Source: Candidatus Hydrogenedens sp. (lineage in GTDB: Bacteria; Hydrogenedentota; Hydrogenedentia; Hydrogenedentales; Hydrogenedentaceae). Taken from it: DNA of 64,000 nucleotides. The DNA lies in assembly GCA_049968235.1 (NCBI GenBank), contig JBMFRC010000010.1:32001-96000 (forward strand). The letters are read 5' to 3'. The notes beneath the pieces were generated by a model that was not told the DNA's origin, searched no databases, and saw only the letters and a list, made by a program, of their open reading frames with translations. How positions within the stretch are numbered: the stretch's first letter is position 1; each line of letters starts with the position of its first letter. Positions 10,515-19,015 of the stretch are shown in pieces. A program made the translations under genes and the position numbers.

Positions 10515-11663
10515 ATGAAAGATATAAAAGAAAAATTAAAGATTGGTATTAGTTGTCATACCTCTACAGGAGGTAGTGGGATTGTAGCAACGGAACTGGG
10601 TTTAGCACTTTCTTCACGAGGACATGAAGTTCATTTTGTAGCAGATAACATTCCGTTCCGATTGAGGGATAATATTGAGAATGTTTTTTGTCATATTGTC
10701 GAACCTGTAAATTATCCTGTATTAAATCAGCCTCCTTATTATCTGGCTATGGCATCACGAATTGCAGAAGTCGTAGAAGAACATAATATCCAGATATGGC
10801 ATGCTCATTACGCAATACCTCATGCAAGTATTGCCTTACTTGCAAAAGAAATGTTACCGCCAGAGTTAAAATTCTGCCTTATAACTACTCTTCATGGCAC
10901 AGATATAACGATTGTAGGAGCAGACCCGTCATTGTATCGAATAACAAAATATGCAATGGAACATAGCTGTGCAATAACTGCGGTATCTAATTGGTTAAAA
11001 TATGAAACGGAGCGGGAATTTCAATTATCTAAACCTGTTCATACAATACACAACTTTATAGACCCTTCCCGTTTTCATACAAAAAATAAGGTGCGTATTC
11101 CTTTTATGGAGAAAAATAAAAAAGTAGTTATGCATATTTCTAATTTCAGAGCGGTCAAAAGAGTCACCGATGTAATTCGTGTTTTTAAAAAGATTTCCGA
11201 TAAGATGGATGCTCAACTAATCATGGTTGGGGAAGGACCCGAAAAAGTCTCTTCCGTTGGGGTTGCAAGGCAATTAGGTATATTAAATAAGGTAAAATAT
11301 ATAGGTAATTATCATAATATTGAGGAACTTTTACCTCATGCTGATTTAGTATTACAACCCAGTGAGCATGAAAGTTTCGGAATGGTGGCATTAGAAGCCA
11401 TGGCATCGGGTGTTCCTGTTATCGCTACCAAAAGTGGTGGGATACAGGAATTAATTATTGATGGAGAAACAGGTTTTTTGTGTGAAGTAGGAGATATAGG
11501 AACTATGGCTGATTGGGCTATTCAAATTCTATTTGATAAAAAATTAAAGACAGAGATTGGAAAAAAGAGTAAAGAGAGAGTAAAAAAATATTTTAGTGTT
11601 GATAAAATAATACCTCAGTATGAAAAGTTATATATAGACACAATAAATAAATACAAAAGATAA
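10515..11663 (+). CDS. bshA: N-acetyl-alpha-D-glucosaminyl L-malate synthase BshA (GT4 glycosyltransferase)
   Basis: N-terminal KIGISCHTSTGGSGIVATELGLALSSRGHEVHFV strongly resembles the BshA N-terminus. C-terminal GT4 segment FGMVALEAMASGVPVIAT. Confidence 0.8.
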   Translation: MKDIKEKLKIGISCHTSTGGSGIVATELGLALSSRGHEVHFVADNIPFRLRDNIENVFCHIVEPVNYPVLNQPPYYLAMASRIAEVVEEHNIQIWHAHYAIPHASIALLAKEMLPPELKFCLITTLHGTDITIVGADPSLYRITKYAMEHSCAITAVSNWLKYETEREFQLSKPVHTIHNFIDPSRFHTKNKVRIPFMEKNKKVVMHISNFRAVKRVTDVIRVFKKISDKMDAQLIMVGEGPEKVSSVGVARQLGILNKVKYIGNYHNIEELLPHADLVLQPSEHESFGMVALEAMASGVPVIATKSGGIQELIIDGETGFLCEVGDIGTMADWAIQILFDKKLKTEIGKKSKERVKKYFSVDKIIPQYEKLYIDTINKYKR

Positions 11664-11667
11664 TACT

Positions 11668-12579
11668 ATGGGAAACAAAAACATCATAAAAATTGGTATC
11701 TTTTACGACGGTAATTTCTTTTTTCATGTCAGCACCTATTATAGATATGTTCATCCACCGCGTAAGAGAATTTCTATTGATGGACTGCATGAGTTTATTC
11801 GCAATAGGGTTGCGGAATTTGAAAATACAGATAAGCGATATGTCCATATAGTAACTTCTCACTTTTTTAGAGGCAGATTATCGGCTAAAGATGCGGAACT
11901 CGAAGGTAAATTGTATTCTGAACGTGTTTTTGAAGATATATTAATGAGTGAAGGTGTTGTTACACATTATCTGCCTATAAAGACAAGAAGTGAGAAACGG
12001 CATGAAACGGGAATTGATGTATGGTTTGCATTAGAAGCCTATGAAGCGGTTGTGCATAAAGAATTGGATATAGTTGTGTTAATCACGGGAGATGCTGATT
12101 TTATTCCTTTGGTAAAAAAAGCACAGTCAGCAGGGGCAAAAGTTATGATTTTAGGATGGGATTTTAAATATACCGATGAAACAGGGATTGAACAGTCTAC
12201 ATTAACATCAATGGAACTTTTGAATGTCTCCACCTATCCTCTAAAAATGCATTTAATAATTGAGGAAGGATTGCAAAAAGATGCTCCTGAAATCCTAAGT
12301 CTATTTTTTGAACTAAAAGAAGAGACACAGAATAACCATGTGAAATCCTATATGAAAGGAAAAATTCACTCGTTGAAAGAAGGATATGGATTTATATCAT
12401 CCCCTGAATTTCCCAATAATGTTTTCTTCCATTATTCTGCTTTATCCAATCATAATTATCAAGATTTAAGCATCGGTCAGAATGTGGAATTTCTTATCCG
12501 GGAAACAGAAAAAGGAATCGTAGCACATCCTGTTATTGTAATTGATAATCCCTATAACGAGAATAATTCAATGAAGTAA
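11668..12579 (+). CDS. NYN (LabA-like) domain protein with C-terminal cold-shock OB-fold domain
   Basis: NYN-like core with ITGDADFIPLVKKAQ. The C-terminus KGKIHSLKEGYGFISSP...FFHYSAL is a cold-shock-domain-like RNA-binding module. Confidence 0.55.
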   Translation: MGNKNIIKIGIFYDGNFFFHVSTYYRYVHPPRKRISIDGLHEFIRNRVAEFENTDKRYVHIVTSHFFRGRLSAKDAELEGKLYSERVFEDILMSEGVVTHYLPIKTRSEKRHETGIDVWFALEAYEAVVHKELDIVVLITGDADFIPLVKKAQSAGAKVMILGWDFKYTDETGIEQSTLTSMELLNVSTYPLKMHLIIEEGLQKDAPEILSLFFELKEETQNNHVKSYMKGKIHSLKEGYGFISSPEFPNNVFFHYSALSNHNYQDLSIGQNVEFLIRETEKGIVAHPVIVIDNPYNENNSMK

Positions 12580-12581
12580 TT

Positions 12582-13649
12582 TTATTTTTCTTTTTCAAGT
12601 TCATCCTGCCAGGGAAGTTCTTCTATTTTCTCTATTTGTGTCCCTTTTACAGGATGCCATCTTTTGTTGTTGGGAGTAACCGATACCCATTCATACTCAC
12701 CTGTGCCCGGATATAATGAATACAGTTTTCCACCTTTTGGCACATAATCAGAGCCATACCCACCTTTTCCTGTTGCTCTTCCGTAAATTAAATCTACCCC
12801 CTCAATGATGCCTGAATAATCATTTACATGGTCGTGTCCGCAAATACATGCTTTTAGTCCCGGGATTTTCTTTATAAATGCTAACGATTCACCTTGTTCT
12901 TTTTCGTAACATACATTTTCAAATTTAACACCTGATGCTATTTTATTTTCCCATATAGTATGGTATTGATATATAGGGATATGACAAGCCATAAATGTTG
13001 GAATAACATTTATATTTTCTTTGCACCATTGGTCAATCCATTGTCTTTGTTCATTCATTAATCCATATTTGTTGCTATTTAAGCAGACAAATCTCCACAA
13101 TTTTTGATTGGATTCGTTTTCAATTATCACTTGGTAATTGCCTTCATTTATTCCACCTCGATACATAGAGTTTTTAGCGGAGGCTAATATATCATGTCCT
13201 TTGCTGTAATCTGATAACATATCATGATTGCCCCATGTATAAAACCAGGAAATGTTCAAAGAACCAAAAAATTCTACTGCTTCCTCTAAATACATTAAAC
13301 CTCTTCCAAAAGCATTTTCATTCCAGACATCGCCAGTTATTGCTAATAGATGGGGTTGTGTAAGGTCTAATAATTTCTTAATAATATCTCGAGTTGTATT
13401 ATCCACATTCTTATCTCTACGATAAGGATTAAAATGTATGTCTGTTATTTGTAATAATTGTATCGATTTTGGATTCCCCTGTATTTTCAATGTGTAAGAA
13501 TCTTCTTTAACAGTTTCTGATTTTTGCATTCCAACGAGGATTTTCAGCTCTTTTTTCTTAGCCCATACTCTTTTCATATTTAAGACTGTAAATGTTCCAA
13601 CTAAACTGGAAGCAATAAAAAATCTTCGTGTAATTTTTTCATTCTTCAT
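12582..13649 (-). CDS. Secreted calcineurin-like metallophosphoesterase (Tat signal)
   Basis: N-terminal twin-arginine signal RRFFIASSLVG; metallophosphoesterase motifs GDVWNE and TWGNHDM. Confidence 0.65.
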   Translation of the reverse strand: MKNEKITRRFFIASSLVGTFTVLNMKRVWAKKKELKILVGMQKSETVKEDSYTLKIQGNPKSIQLLQITDIHFNPYRRDKNVDNTTRDIIKKLLDLTQPHLLAITGDVWNENAFGRGLMYLEEAVEFFGSLNISWFYTWGNHDMLSDYSKGHDILASAKNSMYRGGINEGNYQVIIENESNQKLWRFVCLNSNKYGLMNEQRQWIDQWCKENINVIPTFMACHIPIYQYHTIWENKIASGVKFENVCYEKEQGESLAFIKKIPGLKACICGHDHVNDYSGIIEGVDLIYGRATGKGGYGSDYVPKGGKLYSLYPGTGEYEWVSVTPNNKRWHPVKGTQIEKIEELPWQDELEKEK

Positions 13650-13722
13650 ATTAGTCTCCTTCTATTGTTTTTGTTTTTTTATAATATATGAAAATCTACC
13701 AAGAATAAAACCGGATATTTAT

Positions 13723-14580
13723 ATGAAACAAATTTTTTTACCTATAAATTCTTTAATAAGACTATCTATATATGATTTTGGTGTTAAAGGACCACCTATA
13801 ATTTTTTGCCATTTTACAGGCGGGCTGGGAAAATTATGGAAAAATGTTATTACCCCTTTAAGAAATAATTATCATTGTTTTGCCTTCGATGCGAGGGGGC
13901 ATGGGGATTCTTCCAAACCTTTAGAAATGAAATATTATGACTGGAATGAGCATCTCTCTGATTTAATTGCTGTGGTTAAATATATAAAAAAATTATCAAA
14001 TTCAGATTGTATATTTGGTGTTGGGCATTCATTCGGTTCTGCCTGTTTATCTCAGGCTGTTATTAAAACTAAGAAATATATTTCATGGAAAAAAATTATC
14101 CTTATAGAACCTATTTTAGGTCCTGATACATTTGATTTTAGAAAATCTAAAATGTCTGAAATTGCACAAAAAAGACGCGGATATTTTGAATCGGAAAAAC
14201 AAATTGATACAATATTGCGGAATAAACAACCTTATAGGAATTGGGATATTGAGTCATGGAATATATTTAAAGAATGTGGCTTTACAACTAATGCGAGTGG
14301 AAAATATTATTTAAAGTGTACTCCTGAAATAGAATCCTATCAATATCTTTATGGTAATCCTTTGGGCTGGTTTGAACAATTAAAAAAAATAGATATTCCT
14401 GTTCTTTTAATTTATGGTAAAAATAGTGAGCTGTTACCTTTGGGTATCTACCAGTTAGAACAAATAAAAAATTCTTATTTAATGAAAATTCCGGAAGTCG
14501 GTCACTTTTTCCCACAAGAAAAACCTTCATTCCTTGCTAATATAATAAAAAATTGGTTTTCCTTTGAAAATAATTGTTGA
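13723..14580 (+). CDS. Alpha/beta-fold hydrolase
   Basis: Nucleophile elbow GVGHSFGSA (GxSxG), HGDS segment; 285 aa. Confidence 0.65.
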   Translation: MKQIFLPINSLIRLSIYDFGVKGPPIIFCHFTGGLGKLWKNVITPLRNNYHCFAFDARGHGDSSKPLEMKYYDWNEHLSDLIAVVKYIKKLSNSDCIFGVGHSFGSACLSQAVIKTKKYISWKKIILIEPILGPDTFDFRKSKMSEIAQKRRGYFESEKQIDTILRNKQPYRNWDIESWNIFKECGFTTNASGKYYLKCTPEIESYQYLYGNPLGWFEQLKKIDIPVLLIYGKNSELLPLGIYQLEQIKNSYLMKIPEVGHFFPQEKPSFLANIIKNWFSFENNC

Positions 14581-14634
14581 TATTAGTATTAATTTTGATA
14601 TAATAACAAAAAAAAAACAATAAAGGGTAATGCT

Positions 14635-15201
14635 ATGCAAAAGTTAATTTATTTACAACCAAATATTTTTATTATTTTAATCCTTGTTTCTGTCTTCTCT
14701 CTCCGAGTTTTTTCTGATGAAACATGTGAGACAAAAAGTAGTGGTTTGAAAATAAGATTGGAATTGGGTTCATCTTTCAGGATTGCTCATGATAGTAATG
14801 ATATTGATGGTTATTTAATTTCTTCTTTTGTTGATATCGGTAAAGAACTCTCCCCTCGAACAAATTTATCTTTAAGACTATTACCTGTTTTCGGTTATAT
14901 TCAGGAAAAAAATATGGAAGATATAATAGGGTTTGGAATTGGCGGTGCTTTAAGAATTTATTTTAAAAAGAATCAGGAAAAAGGATTTTTTACAGAGATA
15001 CATGAAATTGTTTGTTTGCATGAAAACAAATTTGAAGGAAATGATTCTAATGTTAATTTCTATTCGGCAATCGGCATTGGTTATCAATTCTGCCCTAACT
15101 GGGATATGTTATTAAGATTTGGTCATATTTCGAATGCGGGGATAAAAGACGAAAATGAAGGAACAAATCTTTTAGGTTTTGGCGTGGGATATACATTTTA
15201 G
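14635..15201 (+). CDS. PagL-like lipid A 3-O-deacylase outer membrane protein
   Basis: Signal peptide, about 190-aa beta-barrel-sized protein. The motif RFGHISNAG matches the PagL catalytic His/Ser motif (H-x-S-N-A-G). Confidence 0.5.
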   Translation: MQKLIYLQPNIFIILILVSVFSLRVFSDETCETKSSGLKIRLELGSSFRIAHDSNDIDGYLISSFVDIGKELSPRTNLSLRLLPVFGYIQEKNMEDIIGFGIGGALRIYFKKNQEKGFFTEIHEIVCLHENKFEGNDSNVNFYSAIGIGYQFCPNWDMLLRFGHISNAGIKDENEGTNLLGFGVGYTF

Positions 15202-15202
15202 A

Positions 15203-15577
15203 TTAATCATGAGTACTTAAAGGCTGAAAGTTAGTTATAAATTCATTTATCATGTTTAAACTATGGGTATAGGGAAAAACTCCTGAGTAAATAATTCGTT
15301 TTTCTATGTTGATTTTATTTTTTTCATTTTCTATTAGGACATAGATGGGCAATTCATAAGGTATATGGGAAAAATATCTTATTTCAAAGACTTCATCATT
15401 GGATAATTTTTGTGATTCTTTATAATCTATAAATATGATGTCATAATTTTCATGGAATATCTGTTCTTTTGCGAAATCTATATTACTTAAATGAGTAATC
15501 TCATGCCCCAATGCTTCTAATTCACTAACAATGGGGGCAGCTAAAATGCTATCACTTATAATTAATATTTTCAACAT
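15203..15577 (-). CDS. Single-domain CheY-like receiver protein (divergent)
   Basis: 124 aa. KILIISDS and IIFIDY (putative phospho-acceptor Asp) segments fit a receiver fold. No output domain is present. Confidence 0.4.
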   Translation of the reverse strand: MLKILIISDSILAAPIVSELEALGHEITHLSNIDFAKEQIFHENYDIIFIDYKESQKLSNDEVFEIRYFSHIPYELPIYVLIENEKNKINIEKRIIYSGVFPYTHSLNMINEFITNFQPLSTHD

Positions 15578-15635
15578 GTTTTTGAAATTTTCTTTTACTC
15601 TTATTATACATTAGAAAATTAAAAATATAACATTG

Positions 15636-15663
15636 TTGACAATTCATGAAATTAAAATATAAA
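15636..15663 (+). promoter_or_regulatory. Sigma-70-like promoter (TTGACA, 16-nt spacer, TATAAA) upstream of the 15702 gene
   Basis: TTGACA at 15636-15641 and TATAAA at 15658-15663, about 38 nt upstream of the ATG at 15702. Confidence 0.4.
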
Positions 15664-15701
15664 ATATATTTAATTAAATAATTGACATAAGGACTTTTAA
15701 C

Positions 15702-16430
15702 ATGAGTAGTAACAGAAAAAAGATAGTATTTGTGATTTTTATTCTTCTATTTGTTCCTATATATTTATATGGACAACAAGACAAACCCGAAAATAATTCT
15801 AAAGCAGAGACACCTCCTTCGGCAACATTAGAAAAAGAAGAAGGAAACCAACCAGCACCCGAAAGTGAAATAGTTTTACCCGGCGATATTATTTATTTTA
15901 AATCAGGAAAAAAAATGAGCGGTATACAGGTACTTCGTGAACTTCCTGATAAAATTGAAGTTCAAGTAAGTGAAAATGCAGAACCGTTATTATTGCCAAG
16001 ACGATTAATAAAATCTATTGAATACGACAATATAGACCCTCTAAAAAATAAGATACAAAAAGATATTTTATCTTCTCAAAAACAGGATGAAAATGTAATT
16101 CCGGGCGAAGAACTATCTAAAGAGTTTAATCAAAAAATGAGAACTCCTCTTTCGGATAGTGTTATATCATATAAGGATGAGGGGTTGCTGAAAATTCTTG
16201 GTGAGTTGACGCAAAAAGTTGGAGTTACTCTTGAAATTGATGAGTCAATAAGGACTATACCCCCCGAAGAGAGAAAAAAGAGTTTTGATATACCAGCTGG
16301 AACATCACTTTATAAATTTTTACAAACAGATTTTTCAATGGCATGTCCTAATATCCAAATTACATATAAATACGACAAAATATTTATTTCTTTGAAAAGT
16401 CCTGGAACAAATAGCAATAATTCTCAATAA
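15702..16430 (+). CDS. Secreted hypothetical protein
   Basis: N-terminal signal peptide (VFVIFILLFVPIYLYG); no motif I recognise. Confidence 0.35.
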   Translation: MSSNRKKIVFVIFILLFVPIYLYGQQDKPENNSKAETPPSATLEKEEGNQPAPESEIVLPGDIIYFKSGKKMSGIQVLRELPDKIEVQVSENAEPLLLPRRLIKSIEYDNIDPLKNKIQKDILSSQKQDENVIPGEELSKEFNQKMRTPLSDSVISYKDEGLLKILGELTQKVGVTLEIDESIRTIPPEERKKSFDIPAGTSLYKFLQTDFSMACPNIQITYKYDKIFISLKSPGTNSNNSQ

Positions 16431-16445
16431 ATTCTCTTCTAATAT

Positions 16446-17633
16446 TTATTTTCTTAATATTACTATGCTTTCGATATGTGGTGTGTGTGGAAACATATCA
16501 ATACCTATCACTTTTTGAATTGTCCAACCATTTTGATTTAGTTCTTTCAAATCTCTACACATAGTTACAGTTTCACAAGAAATATATACAATTTTATTTG
16601 ATTCTGCTTTTGTTAAATAAGGAATTAATTTTTTTGCACCTGTTCGCGGAGGGTCAAGTAAAATTGTGTCCCATTTTTCATTCAATAAATATTTATACAT
16701 TACCTTTTCATCCCCGATTACATATTTAAATGTTGAAAATTTATTTGCCATGTTTATAGCAATAGGGTCTATATCTATTCCAACGATATATTTTTCTTTG
16801 TCCAAATCTATTGTAAAGTTTCCGGTACCGCAATATAAATCCAATATTTTTTGGTCATTCTGGATAGTTTTTTGGACTTGATTTTTCAATATTTTGTTAA
16901 GTATAAGACTATTTTGAGAGAAACAACTATTTACGATAGGCATATTATCATATAGAAAGTAGTTTTTTGAAGTATTATTTATTATTATTTTATGGTAGTT
17001 ATAATCATTTTCATTATTATTTTCACATATAATTGGTGGGTATAATATATATTCATTTGTTTCTGGATTTATTGTTATACATATATCATTTTTTATATTT
17101 TTTTGTAATAACTTTCTTCTTACTGTTTCTATTGTCTTATTTGTTATTACACATTGTGATACATCGACTATTTGTTTTGTATGGAACTTATAAAATCCTA
17201 AATTCTTCCCGTCGCCATGATATATAACTCTTGTTCTATAATGATATTGATTATTTTGGTCATAGATTATTTCAACATTAACTTTTTCTCTTGTCAAGCT
17301 TCTTTCGATATTTTCTTTCAGCAATTGCTTTTTATACTCAATTTGTTTATGATAATCTAACATTCCCCACATACAGGCTCCGCAACTACCCATTTGGGGA
17401 CACAACTTTGTTTTTCTATATGGGGAATCTTTTATTATTCTTTCTATTTCTGCCCATACTAAGTTTTTTTGTTTTAGAATTGGCTTTATCAATAAGGTAT
17501 CACCGGGATATGCGAAAGGAATCAAGTGAACCAATCCTTCCAATCTTCCTAACCCATATCCCCCATTTACAACTTTTTCAATCTCTATTTCGAACAAATT
17601 ATTTTTTGCCATTATTTTTGCTCTTGAACCCAT
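16446..17633 (-). CDS. rlmD: 23S rRNA (uracil-C5)-methyltransferase, RlmD/RumA family
   Basis: N-terminal TRAM domain, Fe-S cysteine cluster CPQMGSCGACMWG, SAM-methyltransferase motif DPPRTGA. Contains an Asn-rich low-complexity insertion (NNNENDYNYHKIIINNTSKNY). Confidence 0.65.
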   Translation of the reverse strand: MGSRAKIMAKNNLFEIEIEKVVNGGYGLGRLEGLVHLIPFAYPGDTLLIKPILKQKNLVWAEIERIIKDSPYRKTKLCPQMGSCGACMWGMLDYHKQIEYKKQLLKENIERSLTREKVNVEIIYDQNNQYHYRTRVIYHGDGKNLGFYKFHTKQIVDVSQCVITNKTIETVRRKLLQKNIKNDICITINPETNEYILYPPIICENNNENDYNYHKIIINNTSKNYFLYDNMPIVNSCFSQNSLILNKILKNQVQKTIQNDQKILDLYCGTGNFTIDLDKEKYIVGIDIDPIAINMANKFSTFKYVIGDEKVMYKYLLNEKWDTILLDPPRTGAKKLIPYLTKAESNKIVYISCETVTMCRDLKELNQNGWTIQKVIGIDMFPHTPHIESIVILRK

Positions 17634-18325
17634 TTTTCATATTTCTTGTGAGTATCGATGATTTTATAATGTAATGTTAAAATTTCGTTTTCATCATAAC
17701 AATCTAATGGACAAATGTATATTTGAGGTAATTTCATTATGGGTTTACTTTTGCAATTATCTTTTTTTTGTATTTTCATATATAAGGAATGTATTCCCAT
17801 AGTATTTAAATATCTAATATCTAAATCCATCCCATATTCGTTATAAAAGAGAAGGGTATTCCTTTTATCGGTTTGAATATAAGATAATTCCTTATTATTA
17901 ATACCGATTTCTTTTATTTCTATATTTTTTATTTCTTTATTAAAATTAAAATAGAAAGGAACAAGTTCAACATCTTCTGACAAAGGGTTGTTTGTTAAAA
18001 ATTCACCTTTGATAAATAGAGCGGGAAAGTTATTTAAGCCATAGTAACGGATTTTCAATCGGTTTTGTTCAAAATAAAGTATTTGTAATATTCCATAGGA
18101 TTTTTCATCATAATCCTCCGAAAAGTCTAAGTCTGTAATTTCATAATTTATTTTTTCCCCATTTTCTTTCAGAAATGAGATATTGATTTCACTTTTTCCA
18201 ACCCATTCAAAATTATCCGGTAAAGATTTTATAGATTCAAGAGTACCTGATATTACAGACCATGAAATCTTTATTTTTGATGTAATTACTTCTGCTTTTA
18301 TTCTATCGACACAAGATAAAAACAT
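17612..18325 (-). CDS. Hypothetical protein
   Basis: 237-aa ORF with no recognisable motif. Overlaps the rlmD start by about 22 nt. Confidence 0.3.
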   Translation of the reverse strand: MFLSCVDRIKAEVITSKIKISWSVISGTLESIKSLPDNFEWVGKSEINISFLKENGEKINYEITDLDFSEDYDEKSYGILQILYFEQNRLKIRYYGLNNFPALFIKGEFLTNNPLSEDVELVPFYFNFNKEIKNIEIKEIGINNKELSYIQTDKRNTLLFYNEYGMDLDIRYLNTMGIHSLYMKIQKKDNCKSKPIMKLPQIYICPLDCYDENEILTLHYKIIDTHKKYEKWVQEQK

Positions 18326-18337
18326 AGTTATATGATA

Positions 18338-18946
18338 TTACACCATTAAATCAATTATAAGTCCTGCGGGATTATCCAGGGAATTCAATAGACCTTGCAC
18401 AGCATTATTATTTATGGGGTGATCTATTTCAATATTGTTCTGTTCTTGCTTTAATTTTTGTATTTTTTTTAATTCATTTTCAATTTCTTTTAATCGTTTT
18501 TCAATAACTCTTTTTTCTTCTCCTTCTGCATTTTTTAACTTTATTTTTAAGATTTTTTGTTCTGCTTTAAGTAAATTTTCTTTTATTTTTATTGCGTTGC
18601 TCGTTTTTTCTTGGTTTGTATTTATTTTTTGTTCTTCATTTGTTAAATTCAGATTTTTATTTTTTTCTTCATTCTTTTTTTCTCTTGTAACAATAGTTGT
18701 GGTTCCTCCAACCATTGTGAGGAAAGAGCCATTTTTTCTCAATTTATACTCTGTATTTAAAAATACTACTTCTTTTCCCTCTATAAGTGCTTCTGCTTTT
18801 AATCTTTGTCTATTTCGTGCTTCTTGAGAAAAAACGGTAAAGGCACTCAGTGAAGCAGGAGTTGGAGGAGCCACACCGGGTTCTCCAGGGTCTAACCTAT
18901 AGAATGTTAATGGATTATTTACAATATTTGTATTTAGGACATTCAT
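18338..18946 (-). CDS. Hypothetical protein with Pro-rich N-terminus and K/E-rich coiled-coil C-terminus
   Basis: N-terminal DPGEPGVAPPTPASL segment, then a long charged helical repeat region (EKRLKEIENELKKIQKLKQEQ). Confidence 0.3.
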   Translation of the reverse strand: MNVLNTNIVNNPLTFYRLDPGEPGVAPPTPASLSAFTVFSQEARNRQRLKAEALIEGKEVVFLNTEYKLRKNGSFLTMVGGTTTIVTREKKNEEKNKNLNLTNEEQKINTNQEKTSNAIKIKENLLKAEQKILKIKLKNAEGEEKRVIEKRLKEIENELKKIQKLKQEQNNIEIDHPINNNAVQGLLNSLDNPAGLIIDLMV

Positions 18947-19015
18947 AATATTTTATATCGTTTTTTTACTACATCATAATTATAACAAAAAAGATTATCC
19001 CTAATTGGTTAATTT

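Noticed and set aside
18435-18827. 130-aa + strand ORF rich in F/S/I, and the K/E periodic repeats in this region, as a possible tandem-repeat or CRISPR-like element
   Set aside because: It is the antisense shadow of the coiled-coil gene 18338..18946. The periodicity reflects heptad-like K/E codon repetition, not spacer-repeat structure. No CRISPR-like direct repeats were found anywhere in the window.
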